Notes: generated by a model not told the origin, from the sequence alone. 54,307 nucleotides of DNA from a virus (IMGVR_UViG_3300045961_000035:1-54307); one strand, 5' to 3'. Numbered from the stretch's first letter, positions 14,751 through 25,084 are shown. Numbers and translations: made by a program.

Positions 14751-16241
14751 ATGGCAATACGTTATCTAAACAACATCTCGCTGGAGGGCAACCAGATTCA
14801 AAACGTTCGCCTCCAGAACCTTGGCAGTGACCCGACCGCGTTGGGTGCTGGCCAGATTATCTACAACACCGCGACAAACAGTCTGAAGTACTGGAACGGA
14901 AGCGTGTGGGTTAACCTCGACGGAACTGGTGACATATCCGCCGTAATCGCTGGAGCTGGTCTTACCGGTGGCGGTGATATCGGTGCGGTTACCCTTAACG
15001 TCGGAGCCGGAACGGGTATCGCCGTAGGTACGGACACCGTATCTCTTAGCCACCTTGGACTTGAGAACCTCACGGACCCGGGTGCTGACCGTATCTTCTT
15101 CTGGGACGAGTCGGCTAATGCATCGGCTTGGCTTGAGGTGTCTACCGCTACGGGTATCACAATCAGCGGAACCACGCTTCAGCTCGCCTCTATCCCCAAC
15201 AGCTCACTGACCAACAGCAGCGTAACGGTTACGGCTGGTGCTGGTCTCACTAACGGCGGGACGGTAGCGCTTGGTGCTAGCATCACACTCAACGTAGGTG
15301 CTGGTGAGGGTATCACGGTCAACGCCGACGACATCGCCCTTAAGAACGGTACGAACCTGACGAACAATGCTGTTCTAAAGTGGGACAATACCAACAACCA
15401 GCTCACCAACTCCATCATCACTGACGATGGCACCACGGTAACTATTGCTGGTAACCTTGACGTAAACGGAACCACGACGACTATCGACAGCACTATTGTA
15501 TCTATTGGTGACAATATGATGCAGTACGCCAACGCTAACGTAGCGAACAGCGTCGACATCGGTTTCTACGGAAACTACGTCAACAGCGGAACCAAGTACG
15601 CATCGTTCTTCTACGACGCGTCTGCGAGCTCTGTAAGCGAGGCTGTCTTCACTTTGGGGCACACTATTACCGAGCCAGGTTCAACGGTCTCAGGACTCAC
15701 CGTAGGCCGTCTTGTTGCCAACGTAACGGGTGCTCTTACTGGTAACGCCTCTACAGCTACTACGCTTCAGACTGCCCGCACGATTAGCATCACTGGAGAT
15801 GCAAGCTGGACGGTAACGTTCAACGGCAGTGCTAACGTAAGCTCTGCGCTTACGCTCGCCAACAGCGGTGTTACGGCAGGAACCTACGGCAGTGCTTCTA
15901 GCGTTGCTCAGGTAACGTTTGACGCCAAGGGTCGTGCTACTTCTGCAAGCTCAGTTACGATTGCTATCACTGCATCGCAGGTCACTGACTTCACTAGTGC
16001 TGTTCAGGCCATTATTGATGGTAGCGGAGCTGTTGCTAACGTAGGTGACGGAACTAATACTGCATACACGATTACCCACAACCTTAACAGTCGTGACGTA
16101 ATTGTTCAGGTGTACGACAACGCTACGTATGAAAATGTGTTCGTGGACACAGCCAGACCTACCGTGAATACTGTTACTCTAACTTTTGCTACTGCTCCTG
16201 CGCTCAACTCCTATAGAGTCATTATCCAAAGGGTTTCGTAG
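14751..16241 (+). CDS. tail fibre protein
   Basis: G/T/A/S-rich with AGAGLTGGG repeats, GNASTATTLQTARTI and C-terminal THNLNSRDVIVQVYD. Confidence 0.8.
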   Translation: MAIRYLNNISLEGNQIQNVRLQNLGSDPTALGAGQIIYNTATNSLKYWNGSVWVNLDGTGDISAVIAGAGLTGGGDIGAVTLNVGAGTGIAVGTDTVSLSHLGLENLTDPGADRIFFWDESANASAWLEVSTATGITISGTTLQLASIPNSSLTNSSVTVTAGAGLTNGGTVALGASITLNVGAGEGITVNADDIALKNGTNLTNNAVLKWDNTNNQLTNSIITDDGTTVTIAGNLDVNGTTTTIDSTIVSIGDNMMQYANANVANSVDIGFYGNYVNSGTKYASFFYDASASSVSEAVFTLGHTITEPGSTVSGLTVGRLVANVTGALTGNASTATTLQTARTISITGDASWTVTFNGSANVSSALTLANSGVTAGTYGSASSVAQVTFDAKGRATSASSVTIAITASQVTDFTSAVQAIIDGSGAVANVGDGTNTAYTITHNLNSRDVIVQVYDNATYENVFVDTARPTVNTVTLTFATAPALNSYRVIIQRVS

Positions 16242-16262
16242 ACACGTATAACACATTTGAGC

Positions 16263-16306
16263 AGCGGTGGTTGGCGCAAGCTTTCCACCGCTTTTCTTTA
16301 TCTTTG
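16263..16306 (+). terminator. terminator plus TATCTTTG promoter
   Basis: AGCGGTGG...CCACCGCT-TTTC; -7 box at 16299-16306. Confidence 0.65.
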
Positions 16307-16310
16307 TACT

Positions 16311-17027
16311 ATGAAGACCTGCAGTACTTGTAGAATAGAAAAGACACTTTTGGATTTTTCTAAAAACAAATCCACAAAAGACGGACTGCAATATAGATGC
16401 AAGCAGTGCGAAAAAAATTATTATTGGAGTAATAGGGACAGCATAATAAGCAAAAGAAAAGAGTCTTTTGAAGAGAATAAGGATTTAGTCCTAACCAAAA
16501 GAGCTGAGTATTACAAAAAACACCAAGACAAAAAGATAGCATATTCAAGAACCTATAGGGAGATAAACAAAGAAAAAGACCTGGCTTACAAAAAGGAGCA
16601 TTACCACAACAATAAGGAATATTATGCCAATAAGCACAGGGAGTATTATGAAAAAAACAAAGAACACCTTAGGGCTTATCATACAAAGTATTGTGCAAAG
16701 AGAAGGAGTTCTGACCCTATGTATAGGTTAGTTTCTGGTATTCGTTCTAGAATTTCAACTATGTGTTATTCATTAAAGATGAATAAGAATTGGAAAACAT
16801 TTGATGCCATAGGCTGTTCACGTGAAGATTTTAAAGCATATATTGAGTCACACTTTGCTCAAGGTATGAGTTGGGATAATTATGGTGAATGGCATATCGA
16901 CCACACAAAGCCCCTTTGCACAGCAAAGACAGAAGAAGACGTTTTCACACTGAATCACTACACTAATCTCCGGCCGATGTGGTGGTTTGACAATTTAGCT
17001 AAAGGCGGTAAATACCAAGAATTATGA
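16311..17027 (+). CDS. free-standing HNH homing endonuclease
   Basis: KTCSTC..CKQC zinc ribbon, GMSWDNYGEWHIDHTKPL..NHYTNLRPMW..NL.KG; markedly AT-rich. Confidence 0.88.
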   Translation: MKTCSTCRIEKTLLDFSKNKSTKDGLQYRCKQCEKNYYWSNRDSIISKRKESFEENKDLVLTKRAEYYKKHQDKKIAYSRTYREINKEKDLAYKKEHYHNNKEYYANKHREYYEKNKEHLRAYHTKYCAKRRSSDPMYRLVSGIRSRISTMCYSLKMNKNWKTFDAIGCSREDFKAYIESHFAQGMSWDNYGEWHIDHTKPLCTAKTEEDVFTLNHYTNLRPMWWFDNLAKGGKYQEL

Positions 17028-19045
17028 GTTTGAAATTTCTATCCGGGATTACAGTTGACTCGACTGTCTTAGTTGTTGATTCCGCAAATGACCGTGTAGG
17101 TATTGGTACGGCGAGTCCCAATTCTGCTTTACACGTTGTTGGTGAAGTTCCGGGTTCTCCTTCAAGTGCTGGTGTTCACATTGGACAAACCCCAGATTCA
17201 CTATATGGAGTAATTCAGCTTGTTGGAACTACGGGTGGATACATAGATTTCTCAGCAGCAGGAGAGGATAGAGACGGTAGAATTCTTTACCAGAATTCTA
17301 CAAACACTATGCAGTTCCAAACGGGCTCCAACACAAAGATGATTATTGTAGGGGACAACGTCGGCATTGGCACCACTAATCCGGCTGCGACACTTCACGT
17401 TCAGTCGGCATCCACAAAACTATTCTTATCAAATACTGATTTTGTTGCTGGAACCACTGGTAGTGGATTAATTCTTCATACCGGAGCTCAGTCTGGGAAC
17501 ACGTATTCTCAGATTTATGCTTTTCAGGCCGGGAATACTTCTTATGCGAACCTTGTAGTAACTGGAGGAAACTTAGGCATTGGAACTACTAGCCCTACTG
17601 AAAAGCTTCACGTAGCTGGAAACGGTTTGTTTACTGGTGGTGTATATGTAAATAATACATCTGCATATCTTTGGAATACCACAAATGGAGTTATTCGTTT
17701 TGGAACGAATAATACAGAACGTGCTCGACTTGATGCTGCTGGAAATTTTGGCATTGGTACGACGAGTCCGGAGGCTAAGCTTGATGTTGTTGGCACTGCA
17801 AGCGGTACTGCTGGAGTAATTCAAGCTAGGTCTGCATATACATCGTCAAGCTTTTTCAGCGCATTTAGGTCTGCGCCATCAGATGGTAGCACCACTGCAA
17901 ATAGTGGACTTTGGATGGGTGCAATTTCTGACGATAATGCCACAATATCATCTGGGGCTATATATCGTTCAGCTGGACAATGGAGACCAGCGGGTACTAC
18001 TGCGTCTGTTATATCAATGTCTGCTGGAGCAATCACATTTAGCACAAATTCTGGGCTTACGGCTAATACAGATTTCCAGCCCAGCGCTAGGATGACAATC
18101 ACCAGCGGCGGCAACGTCGGTGTTGGTACGACGAGTCCTGGATACAAGCTACACGTTGATAATAACGCAACCGGTTACATTGTTAGGATACAAGGTGATA
18201 CTAATAATATATCTTTTTATGATGGCGGCTCAGGAGGCATTGGTATTGGAACTGATGCAAACCAAGATTTAAAGCTATATACAAATGACTCCTTAAATAA
18301 TGGATTGATAATTAAGTCAAGTGGCAACGTCGGCATTGGAACGACGAGTCCGAGCTACAAGCTAGACGTCACCGGCTCGGCAAGAGTAAACAGCACTAGC
18401 AACCTCGCAATGTTTATCAAAACGAGTTCTTCGTTTGGTGCTGGTATATCGTTTGAGGACTCAACAACCGGTGGCAATGATGTCGTGCACGCTGGAGCTA
18501 TTGGCAGTGGTTTCTACATTACAACTGGATTCTCTGAGAGATTCCGAATTGACTCAAGTGGTTTCGTAGGCATAGCAGCTACACCATCCTCTTCTTGGAC
18601 GCTGGCAATAGATTCTCTTTTTGGAGCAGACGGAGCCCTGAAGACTACAGGTAGCGTGAACATCAACAGCGGGGCTCTTGGTGTCAACGTAGCGCCATCA
18701 TCAACAGCCGGTCGTATCGACGCATCCAATGACATCGTAGCGTTCTCTACCTCTGACAAGCGCCTCAAGGAAAACATCACCCCGATTACCAACGCACTCG
18801 ATAAGGTGAAGTCTCTCACTGGTGTGGAGTTTGACTGGAAAGAGGAAACCAAGCACGTTCACGGATACGAAGGCCACGACGTGGGGGTAATCGCTCAGGA
18901 TGTTCAGGCTGTTCTTCCCGAGGCCATCCGAACCAACGACAGCGGGTACCTATCAGTACGCTACGAGAAGATGATTGCGCTATTGATTGAGGCAAACAAG
19001 GAACTCGCTGCTCGTGTTGAGGAGCTTGAAAAGAAACTTAAGTAA
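17024..19045 (+). CDS. tail fibre with C-terminal peptidase S74 intramolecular chaperone
   Basis: Repeated GNVGIGTTSP units; SDKRLKENI..GVIAQDV..VRYEKMIALLIEA..EL. Confidence 0.9.
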   Translation: MSLKFLSGITVDSTVLVVDSANDRVGIGTASPNSALHVVGEVPGSPSSAGVHIGQTPDSLYGVIQLVGTTGGYIDFSAAGEDRDGRILYQNSTNTMQFQTGSNTKMIIVGDNVGIGTTNPAATLHVQSASTKLFLSNTDFVAGTTGSGLILHTGAQSGNTYSQIYAFQAGNTSYANLVVTGGNLGIGTTSPTEKLHVAGNGLFTGGVYVNNTSAYLWNTTNGVIRFGTNNTERARLDAAGNFGIGTTSPEAKLDVVGTASGTAGVIQARSAYTSSSFFSAFRSAPSDGSTTANSGLWMGAISDDNATISSGAIYRSAGQWRPAGTTASVISMSAGAITFSTNSGLTANTDFQPSARMTITSGGNVGVGTTSPGYKLHVDNNATGYIVRIQGDTNNISFYDGGSGGIGIGTDANQDLKLYTNDSLNNGLIIKSSGNVGIGTTSPSYKLDVTGSARVNSTSNLAMFIKTSSSFGAGISFEDSTTGGNDVVHAGAIGSGFYITTGFSERFRIDSSGFVGIAATPSSSWTLAIDSLFGADGALKTTGSVNINSGALGVNVAPSSTAGRIDASNDIVAFSTSDKRLKENITPITNALDKVKSLTGVEFDWKEETKHVHGYEGHDVGVIAQDVQAVLPEAIRTNDSGYLSVRYEKMIALLIEANKELAARVEELEKKLK

Positions 19046-19452
19046 TGGCACCACTTCCAAGTAGCGGACCTTTAAGCATCAACGACATCAGAGTAGAGCT
19101 TGGCCAATCACAGGCCAACAGCTCTCTCCGGTCGTTGTCTAGCCTCGCTGGGTTCTCAAGTCCAGATTCGATATCTGAGTTCTACGGATACTCTCCAGTG
19201 ACGGCAACATCTGTATACTTGGTAGAGCCAGGTGTGTCAGACTCTGCCGAGGCTTGTTCCGTTGATGGTGGGGAATTTGAACTGTGGTGGTCTGGAACCG
19301 GGTGTCCTGGTCTTGGTGACACCCTGTATACTGACCAAGGTCTTACCACGCCATTCGACGGTAAGTATCTTTGGTGGAAGTCTTTCCAGTGCAATGCTAT
19401 ATACTACGTAATGGACAATGGCTTCATCGAAGGATACGGACCTTGCGGATAA
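19045..19452 (+). CDS. tail-fibre-associated protein
   Basis: LPSSGPLSINDIRVELG..ISEFYG N-terminal motif typical of genes following S74 fibres. Confidence 0.7.
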   Translation: MAPLPSSGPLSINDIRVELGQSQANSSLRSLSSLAGFSSPDSISEFYGYSPVTATSVYLVEPGVSDSAEACSVDGGEFELWWSGTGCPGLGDTLYTDQGLTTPFDGKYLWWKSFQCNAIYYVMDNGFIEGYGPCG

Positions 19453-19485
19453 TTCGTATATTTGCCTCACTAATTAGTACACAAA

Positions 19486-19872
19486 ATGAGTAACATTATC
19501 TACACTTGGGACTGCCGCACCGTCGACTGCTACCCAACTAAAGATGAGCAAGGCGTAGAGCTGGATGACGTTGTATACAACATCCACTGGCGCCTGACAG
19601 GAACAGAAGAAGCTAACGGAATCACCTACGCTGCTACCGTTATCGGTACGCAGATGGTATCGGCTGACGACATCGACCCAGCTACCTTCGTTCCATTCGA
19701 ACAACTTACCAACGAGATTGCCACCGGATGGTGCACTTCAGCAATGGGTGCCGAGCAGGTAGCTAACCTCGAGACCTCTGTTGCCAATCAGATTGCTTCA
19801 CAAATCAATCCGACCAGCATCACCCTCGTTATCGGAGAGCCAGTACCAGTACCTCCAGCTCCCGTAGCTTAA
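19486..19872 (+). CDS. tail-fibre-associated conserved protein
   Basis: DVVYNIHWRL..FVPFEQLT motif. Confidence 0.7.
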   Translation: MSNIIYTWDCRTVDCYPTKDEQGVELDDVVYNIHWRLTGTEEANGITYAATVIGTQMVSADDIDPATFVPFEQLTNEIATGWCTSAMGAEQVANLETSVANQIASQINPTSITLVIGEPVPVPPAPVA

Positions 19873-19900
19873 TAATCAATAACCTCAAACTTTAATTCAA

Positions 19901-20158
19901 ATGGCGAAAGTCAATCAAGAACTGCTTGACGCAGTAAAGGAAGCCCAGAAGAACCTTCAGGCTATCCAAATGGAACTAGGTGCAATCGCTCTCGTTGAGC
20001 TTCGTAAGTCTGCCTTGATTAGGGCATACGAAGAGCAGCAGGCTAAAATCAAGGAGGCCACTGAAGCCATTCAGGCAGAGTACGGCGACGGCAACGTCGA
20101 CCTTGAGACCGGCGAGTTCACTCCTGCTCCTGCTCCAGAGGCAGAGGTTGTAGAATAA
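19901..20158 (+). CDS. conserved coiled-coil phage protein
   Basis: Ends in EYGDGNVDLETGE. Confidence 0.75.
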   Translation: MAKVNQELLDAVKEAQKNLQAIQMELGAIALVELRKSALIRAYEEQQAKIKEATEAIQAEYGDGNVDLETGEFTPAPAPEAEVVE

Positions 20159-20180
20159 AGTAATTAGCCATTACTTCATT

Positions 20181-20217
20181 AGCCCCGAAAGGGGCTTTTC
20201 TTTTTGTATTAAATTTG
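20181..20217 (+). terminator. terminator plus TAAATTTG promoter
   Basis: AGCCCC-GAAA-GGGGCT-TTTCTTTTT; -7 box at 20210-20217. Confidence 0.8.
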
Positions 20218-20224
20218 TACTACG

Positions 20225-21676
20225 ATGGCAAAGATTAGCACATACCCAGTAGACGGGCTTATTTCTACGGACGACTTTATTATCGGCTCTGACGCCGAGA
20301 ACGTAAACATTACAAAGAACTTCACCGTAGGTGGCATCCTGTCTCTTGCCAACCTCCAGGCGGTGCTCGACAACGGCAACAGCGCCACGCAAAACATCAC
20401 GCTGGTTGGTAATGTGGCTGCTACCAACGTGTCTGCCACGACGCTGTTGTCCGCCCCCACGGCCAACGTAACTAATGCCAACGTAACTGGCTCACTTACA
20501 GTCAATGACCTAGAGGTGTCTGGCCTGTTCTACGACTCAACTGCGTCGGAGGGTACCAACGGACAGATTCTTAAGTCGACTGGTTCCGGCGTAGAATGGT
20601 TCACTCTTGCTGAGACGCAGAACCTACAAGCCGTTCTTGCTAGCGGAAACACCACGTCGTTGAACATCGTTTCAACTGGAGACATCACGGTTGACGGCTT
20701 CACCGTAAACTCACAGCTCAGCATCACTGGTACCATTGAGGCCAACAGCTCGATAGGTACCGCCGGCCAGGTTCTTGTCTCCCAGGGAGGCGCTGGCTCT
20801 GTTCAGTGGGCAACCATCACTGAAACGCAAGACCTTCAGTCAGTACTTGACAACGGCAACAGTGCCACTGAAGACATCGTTCTAACGGGAACAATTGAGG
20901 CTATTACTCTGACTGTTAACTCATCAACGCCAGGTACTATCGACGGCAAGGGTGACATTGTGTGGAGCGAAGAGCGTGGAACGCTAGAGGTCGGCCTTGT
21001 TGACAACAACACGATGAACGTTGGGCAAGACAATATATGGCTTGTCAGAGCAAACAGCGCAATCACAAAGGGACAGGTTGTATATGCGTACGGAACCGTC
21101 GGTGCGTCTGGTAAGATTGTAGTAGAGAAGTACTTGGCAGACGGAAGCATCCCGTCTCGATACATTATCGGTATAGCAATCGCTGACATTAACGTATCCG
21201 AAGAAGGATACGTGATGTCTCTTGGTAAAATCAAGGGAATAAACACCAGCACGTACACCGAGGGTGACGTTCTATGGTGCGACCCAGCTGTAGCCGGCGG
21301 CCTCACCAACGTAGAGCCAACCGCTCCAGACATTAAGTCGGCCATGGCCTTTGTAATCAGCGCCGACAACAACGGAACGATTGCCGTTAGAACAGACAGC
21401 GGATTCGTAATCTCTGACGCTAGTGATGTGAACTTCACTGGCGTTGCTGACGGAGACGTAATCCTAAGAGCCGGTGGTGTATGGACAAACATCACCCCAT
21501 CTGCCGACCTCATCGCTACCACTGGTGGAGCTGTTGACCCACTACTTACTCAAACCGCAGCCATCACTGACGTGATAGGTCTCGACGCAGGTCAAGCTCT
21601 GTCGACCCCATCTCAGTGGCTGACTATCACTATAAATTCAGTAGATTACGTAATCCCTGCGTATCTTTCAGCGTAA
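20225..21676 (+). CDS. fibre/spike-like structural protein
   Basis: MAKISTY N-terminus shared with the 14023 gene; three LQ.VL..GN repeats; GQ.L.S.G repeats. Confidence 0.75.
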   Translation: MAKISTYPVDGLISTDDFIIGSDAENVNITKNFTVGGILSLANLQAVLDNGNSATQNITLVGNVAATNVSATTLLSAPTANVTNANVTGSLTVNDLEVSGLFYDSTASEGTNGQILKSTGSGVEWFTLAETQNLQAVLASGNTTSLNIVSTGDITVDGFTVNSQLSITGTIEANSSIGTAGQVLVSQGGAGSVQWATITETQDLQSVLDNGNSATEDIVLTGTIEAITLTVNSSTPGTIDGKGDIVWSEERGTLEVGLVDNNTMNVGQDNIWLVRANSAITKGQVVYAYGTVGASGKIVVEKYLADGSIPSRYIIGIAIADINVSEEGYVMSLGKIKGINTSTYTEGDVLWCDPAVAGGLTNVEPTAPDIKSAMAFVISADNNGTIAVRTDSGFVISDASDVNFTGVADGDVILRAGGVWTNITPSADLIATTGGAVDPLLTQTAAITDVIGLDAGQALSTPSQWLTITINSVDYVIPAYLSA

Positions 21677-21898
21677 ATGGAAATCAGAAAAATCTCGATT
21701 GGTGCTGACTATAAGTCTGGCGCCATGCACTACATCGTCGAGCAAGAAGTCCTCGGCGGTTCGTACAAGATACACCTCATTCAGAGGGACAAAGACACGG
21801 GGAACTTCCTTGTGTGGGTAGAGGCGGAGAGCGAAATCTTCCTTTGGAAGGAGTTCGTGAACATGCCGGTATCCGTAGAGTATAACATCAATTTTTAA
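21677..21898 (+). CDS. conserved phage protein
   Basis: IRKISIGADYK..AMHY..WKEF..MPVSVEYN motif. Confidence 0.8.
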   Translation: MEIRKISIGADYKSGAMHYIVEQEVLGGSYKIHLIQRDKDTGNFLVWVEAESEIFLWKEFVNMPVSVEYNINF

Positions 21899-21902
21899 GA
21901 CC

Positions 21903-22007
21903 ATGAGCGATTCGTTCGACAACTGGCTCAACGAGCTGGAACAAGCCCCCGTTGCCCCTACGTGCAGTATTGACAACCCTGAAGGATGTGACTCGTGCGG
22001 TAGCTGA
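21903..22007 (+). CDS. small acidic Cys-containing peptide (34 aa)
   Basis: Manual translation MSDSFDNWLNELEQAPVAPTCSIDNPEGCDSCGS; TGATG coupling. Confidence 0.65.
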   Translation: MSDSFDNWLNELEQAPVAPTCSIDNPEGCDSCGS

Positions 22008-22573
22008 TGCGTTCTCCATTCTACTTTATTGTAAAACCGCAGGGCGGTCGCAGGTACGATAACGTACGCGACTACGGCGGAATCGAATTCATAATCAGCT
22101 CATCCAAGGAGGACCACACCGCATCAAACCGCTTTGCGGAGGTGGTGTCTACTCCGTCTGGATACACTGGCGACATCAAGCCGGGAGATACTCTATTGGT
22201 TCACCACAACGTGTTCAAGTACTACAACGACATGAGGGGTCGTGAGCGCAGCAGCTTCAGCTTCCTGCGTGACGACCTCTTCATCGTTGAGCCAGACCAG
22301 TTCTTCATGTACAACGACGGCAGCGGATGGAAGTCCACTGGCAAGTACTGCTTCCTCAAGCCGGCCGAGAAGAAGGACAACTACTACATCACCAAGCCCG
22401 GCACTGAGGAGCCACTGGTAGGTACGATTAAGTACATCACCGACGACATGGTCGATGCTGGCCTAAAGGTCGGCGACGAGGTGGTGTACACTCCAGGTAC
22501 GGAGTACGAGTTCACCGTAGAGGGTGAGCGACTGTACCGCATGAATAGCAAAAACATTTGTATCTTGCTGTAA
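22007..22573 (+). CDS. GroES-fold-like tandem-domain protein
   Basis: Two units FIVKP..AEVVSTP..IKPGDTL and FLKP..GTIKY..LKVGDEVVY..YEFTVEGERLYRM recall cpn10. Confidence 0.55.
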   Translation: MRSPFYFIVKPQGGRRYDNVRDYGGIEFIISSSKEDHTASNRFAEVVSTPSGYTGDIKPGDTLLVHHNVFKYYNDMRGRERSSFSFLRDDLFIVEPDQFFMYNDGSGWKSTGKYCFLKPAEKKDNYYITKPGTEEPLVGTIKYITDDMVDAGLKVGDEVVYTPGTEYEFTVEGERLYRMNSKNICILL

Positions 22574-22857
22574 TGGACTCGACTGAAATCAAACATAGAA
22601 TCATACGTGCAGGCCAACGTGCTGTAGAAGAGCTCATTAAGGTGGCGGAGGAGAGCATCATTGTTCACGACGACCCAGAGAATGAGCTGGCAGCAGACCG
22701 CCTTAAGAACGCGGCGGCCACTAAGAAGCTTGCTATATTTGATGCGTTTGACATAATGTCGAGGATAGAGGCAGAGAAGAACGCGCTTGAGGGCAACGTC
22801 ACGGCGGACACTCAGGCACCAAGTAAGCAGGGCTTTGCAGAACGAAGAGCAAAATAG
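22573..22857 (+). CDS. putative terminase small subunit
   Basis: Helical 94-aa protein immediately upstream of, and overlapping, terL. Confidence 0.5.
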   Translation: MDSTEIKHRIIRAGQRAVEELIKVAEESIIVHDDPENELAADRLKNAAATKKLAIFDAFDIMSRIEAEKNALEGNVTADTQAPSKQGFAERRAK

Positions 22858-25084
22858 CATCTACCACATACTCGACGAGTACGTGCCAGAGCACGTGCGT
22901 AAGTCGAAGAACAAGGCGAGGTCTTGGAAGTACGGCTATGACGACAAGTACGACATGGTCATCATCTCCAAGGACGGCACCATTGGTGAGATATACAAGA
23001 TATCGAACCTAATCGTGGCGCTGCCAGACGAGCCTGCTAAGGTACACGCACGAAGCCGCAAGATAGAGGACCAGTACTGGGAGCCGTTCGAGTACCCAAA
23101 GGAGCTGGGCAGAATCAAGTCCATCTTTCAGTGGCACGAGATGTCTAACGAATTCAAGAACAAGTGGGTAGACTACATCGAGACGGAGTTCGACAGGCGC
23201 GACGAGGGCTTCTGGTTTATGAACGGCGGCATGCCCACCTACATCACTGGCTCGCATTACATGTACCTGCAGTGGTCTAAGATTGACGTGGGCCTGCCTG
23301 ACTTCCGAGAAGCAAATAGAATACTTTTTATATTTTGGGAGGCCGCAAAGGCCGACGTGAGGTCTTTTGGAATATGCTACCTAAAGATTCGTCGCTCTGG
23401 ATTTTCTTTTATGGCTTCGTCTGAGGCTGTAAATATAGCAACTGTTGCAAAAGACGCAAGGGTTGGCATCCTGTCCAAGACGGGTGCTGACGCCAAAAAG
23501 ATGTTCACCGACAAGGTCGTGCCCATCAACAGCAACCTGCCGTTTTTCTTAAGGCCAATTATGGACGGAATGGACAAGCCAAAGACCGAGCTTGCCTACC
23601 GCGTACCGGCCTCTAAGATTACTAAGAAGAACATGTCCAACACCGAGACGGACGACGTGGATGGTCTTAACACCACCATCGACTGGAGAAACACCGGAGA
23701 CAATAGTTATGACGGCGAGAAGCTTTTATTTTTGGCTCAAGATGAATCTGCCAAATGGTTAAAGCCAGATAACATCCTGAATAACTGGAGAGTAACTAAG
23801 ACATGTCTTCGGTTGGGCTCTAAGATTATCGGCAAGTGCATGATGGGCTCAACGTCCAACGCACTGGACAAGGGTGGCGCTAATTATAAAAAGCTGTACT
23901 ATGACTCCGACGTTACAAACAGGAGTTCAAACGGGCAGACCAAGAGTGGCCTTTACTCGCTGTTTATCCCGATGGAGTGGAACTTCGAGGGATACATCGA
24001 CAAGTACGGCATGCCCGTGCTGTACACGCCTGAGAAGCCAGTGGTTGGTATCGATGGCAATCTCATTAAGATTGGTGCTATTGAGTACTGGGAGAACGAG
24101 GTGGCGTCACTCAAGTCGGACCCCGACGCGCTGAACGAATTCTACCGCCAGTTCCCACGCACCGAGTCGCATGCGTTCCGTGACGAGAGTAAGTCTGCGC
24201 TGTTCAATCTGACGAAGATATACCAGCAGATTGACTACAACGACTCTATGATTAAGGAGCACTTCATGACTACGGGTGCGTTCCACTGGCGCGATGGCGT
24301 CAAGGACAGTACGGTGGTGTGGGTGCCAGACCAGCGTGGCAGGTTCCGCGTATCGTGGACGCCGCCTGCAAGACTGCAAAATAACGTAATAAAAAGAAAT
24401 GGTTTATTCTATCCAGGCAATGAGCACATGGGTTCGTTTGGCTGCGACCCATACGACATATCTGGAGTCGTCGGTGGTGGCGGCTCTAATGGCTCCCTAC
24501 ATGGGATGACGAAGTTCCACATGGACGACGCACCCGTCAACGAGTTCTTCCTTGAGTACGTCGCCCGCCCACAGACGGCTGAGATATTCTTCGAGGACGT
24601 GCTGATGGCGTGCGTGTTCTATGGCATGCCGGTGCTGGCGGAGAACAACAAGCCACGCCTGCTGTACCACTTCAAGAACAGAGGCTACCGTGCGTTCAGT
24701 ATGAACAGGCCGGATAAGCCGTCTGCGAACCTATCTAAGACAGAGAGAGAGTTGGGTGGTATCCCGAACTCAAGCGAAGAAGTTAAGCAAGCACACGCTA
24801 CCGCAATCGAGTCGTATATTGAGAAGTACGTAGGGTTTGATGTGGAGGGTACGTACAGAGACTCAGATGAGATTGGCGCCATGTGGTTCAACAGAACACT
24901 GGAGGACTGGGCTCGATTCGATATCAACAACCGTACGAAGTTTGACGCCACCATCAGTTCGGGGCTGGCTATCATGGCTAATCAAAAACACTTGTATCAG
25001 CCTGAGAAAAAGCAAACTAAAATAAGCATTAAATTTGCTAAATATAACAACAAGGGCTTTAATAGTGAGCTCCTAAACAAATAA
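22835..25084 (+). CDS. terL: terminase large subunit
   Basis: YLKIRRSGFS Walker A, LAQDESAKW Walker B, MGST coupling motif, FGCDPYD nuclease, FDATISSGLA; start uncertain (TTG 22835 or 22787). Confidence 0.92.
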   Translation: MQNEEQNSIYHILDEYVPEHVRKSKNKARSWKYGYDDKYDMVIISKDGTIGEIYKISNLIVALPDEPAKVHARSRKIEDQYWEPFEYPKELGRIKSIFQWHEMSNEFKNKWVDYIETEFDRRDEGFWFMNGGMPTYITGSHYMYLQWSKIDVGLPDFREANRILFIFWEAAKADVRSFGICYLKIRRSGFSFMASSEAVNIATVAKDARVGILSKTGADAKKMFTDKVVPINSNLPFFLRPIMDGMDKPKTELAYRVPASKITKKNMSNTETDDVDGLNTTIDWRNTGDNSYDGEKLLFLAQDESAKWLKPDNILNNWRVTKTCLRLGSKIIGKCMMGSTSNALDKGGANYKKLYYDSDVTNRSSNGQTKSGLYSLFIPMEWNFEGYIDKYGMPVLYTPEKPVVGIDGNLIKIGAIEYWENEVASLKSDPDALNEFYRQFPRTESHAFRDESKSALFNLTKIYQQIDYNDSMIKEHFMTTGAFHWRDGVKDSTVVWVPDQRGRFRVSWTPPARLQNNVIKRNGLFYPGNEHMGSFGCDPYDISGVVGGGGSNGSLHGMTKFHMDDAPVNEFFLEYVARPQTAEIFFEDVLMACVFYGMPVLAENNKPRLLYHFKNRGYRAFSMNRPDKPSANLSKTERELGGIPNSSEEVKQAHATAIESYIEKYVGFDVEGTYRDSDEIGAMWFNRTLEDWARFDINNRTKFDATISSGLAIMANQKHLYQPEKKQTKISIKFAKYNNKGFNSELLNK

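Noticed and set aside
14751-21676. Diversity-generating retroelement acting on tail fibres
   Set aside because: No reverse transcriptase and no adenine-specific TR/VR repeat pair seen.
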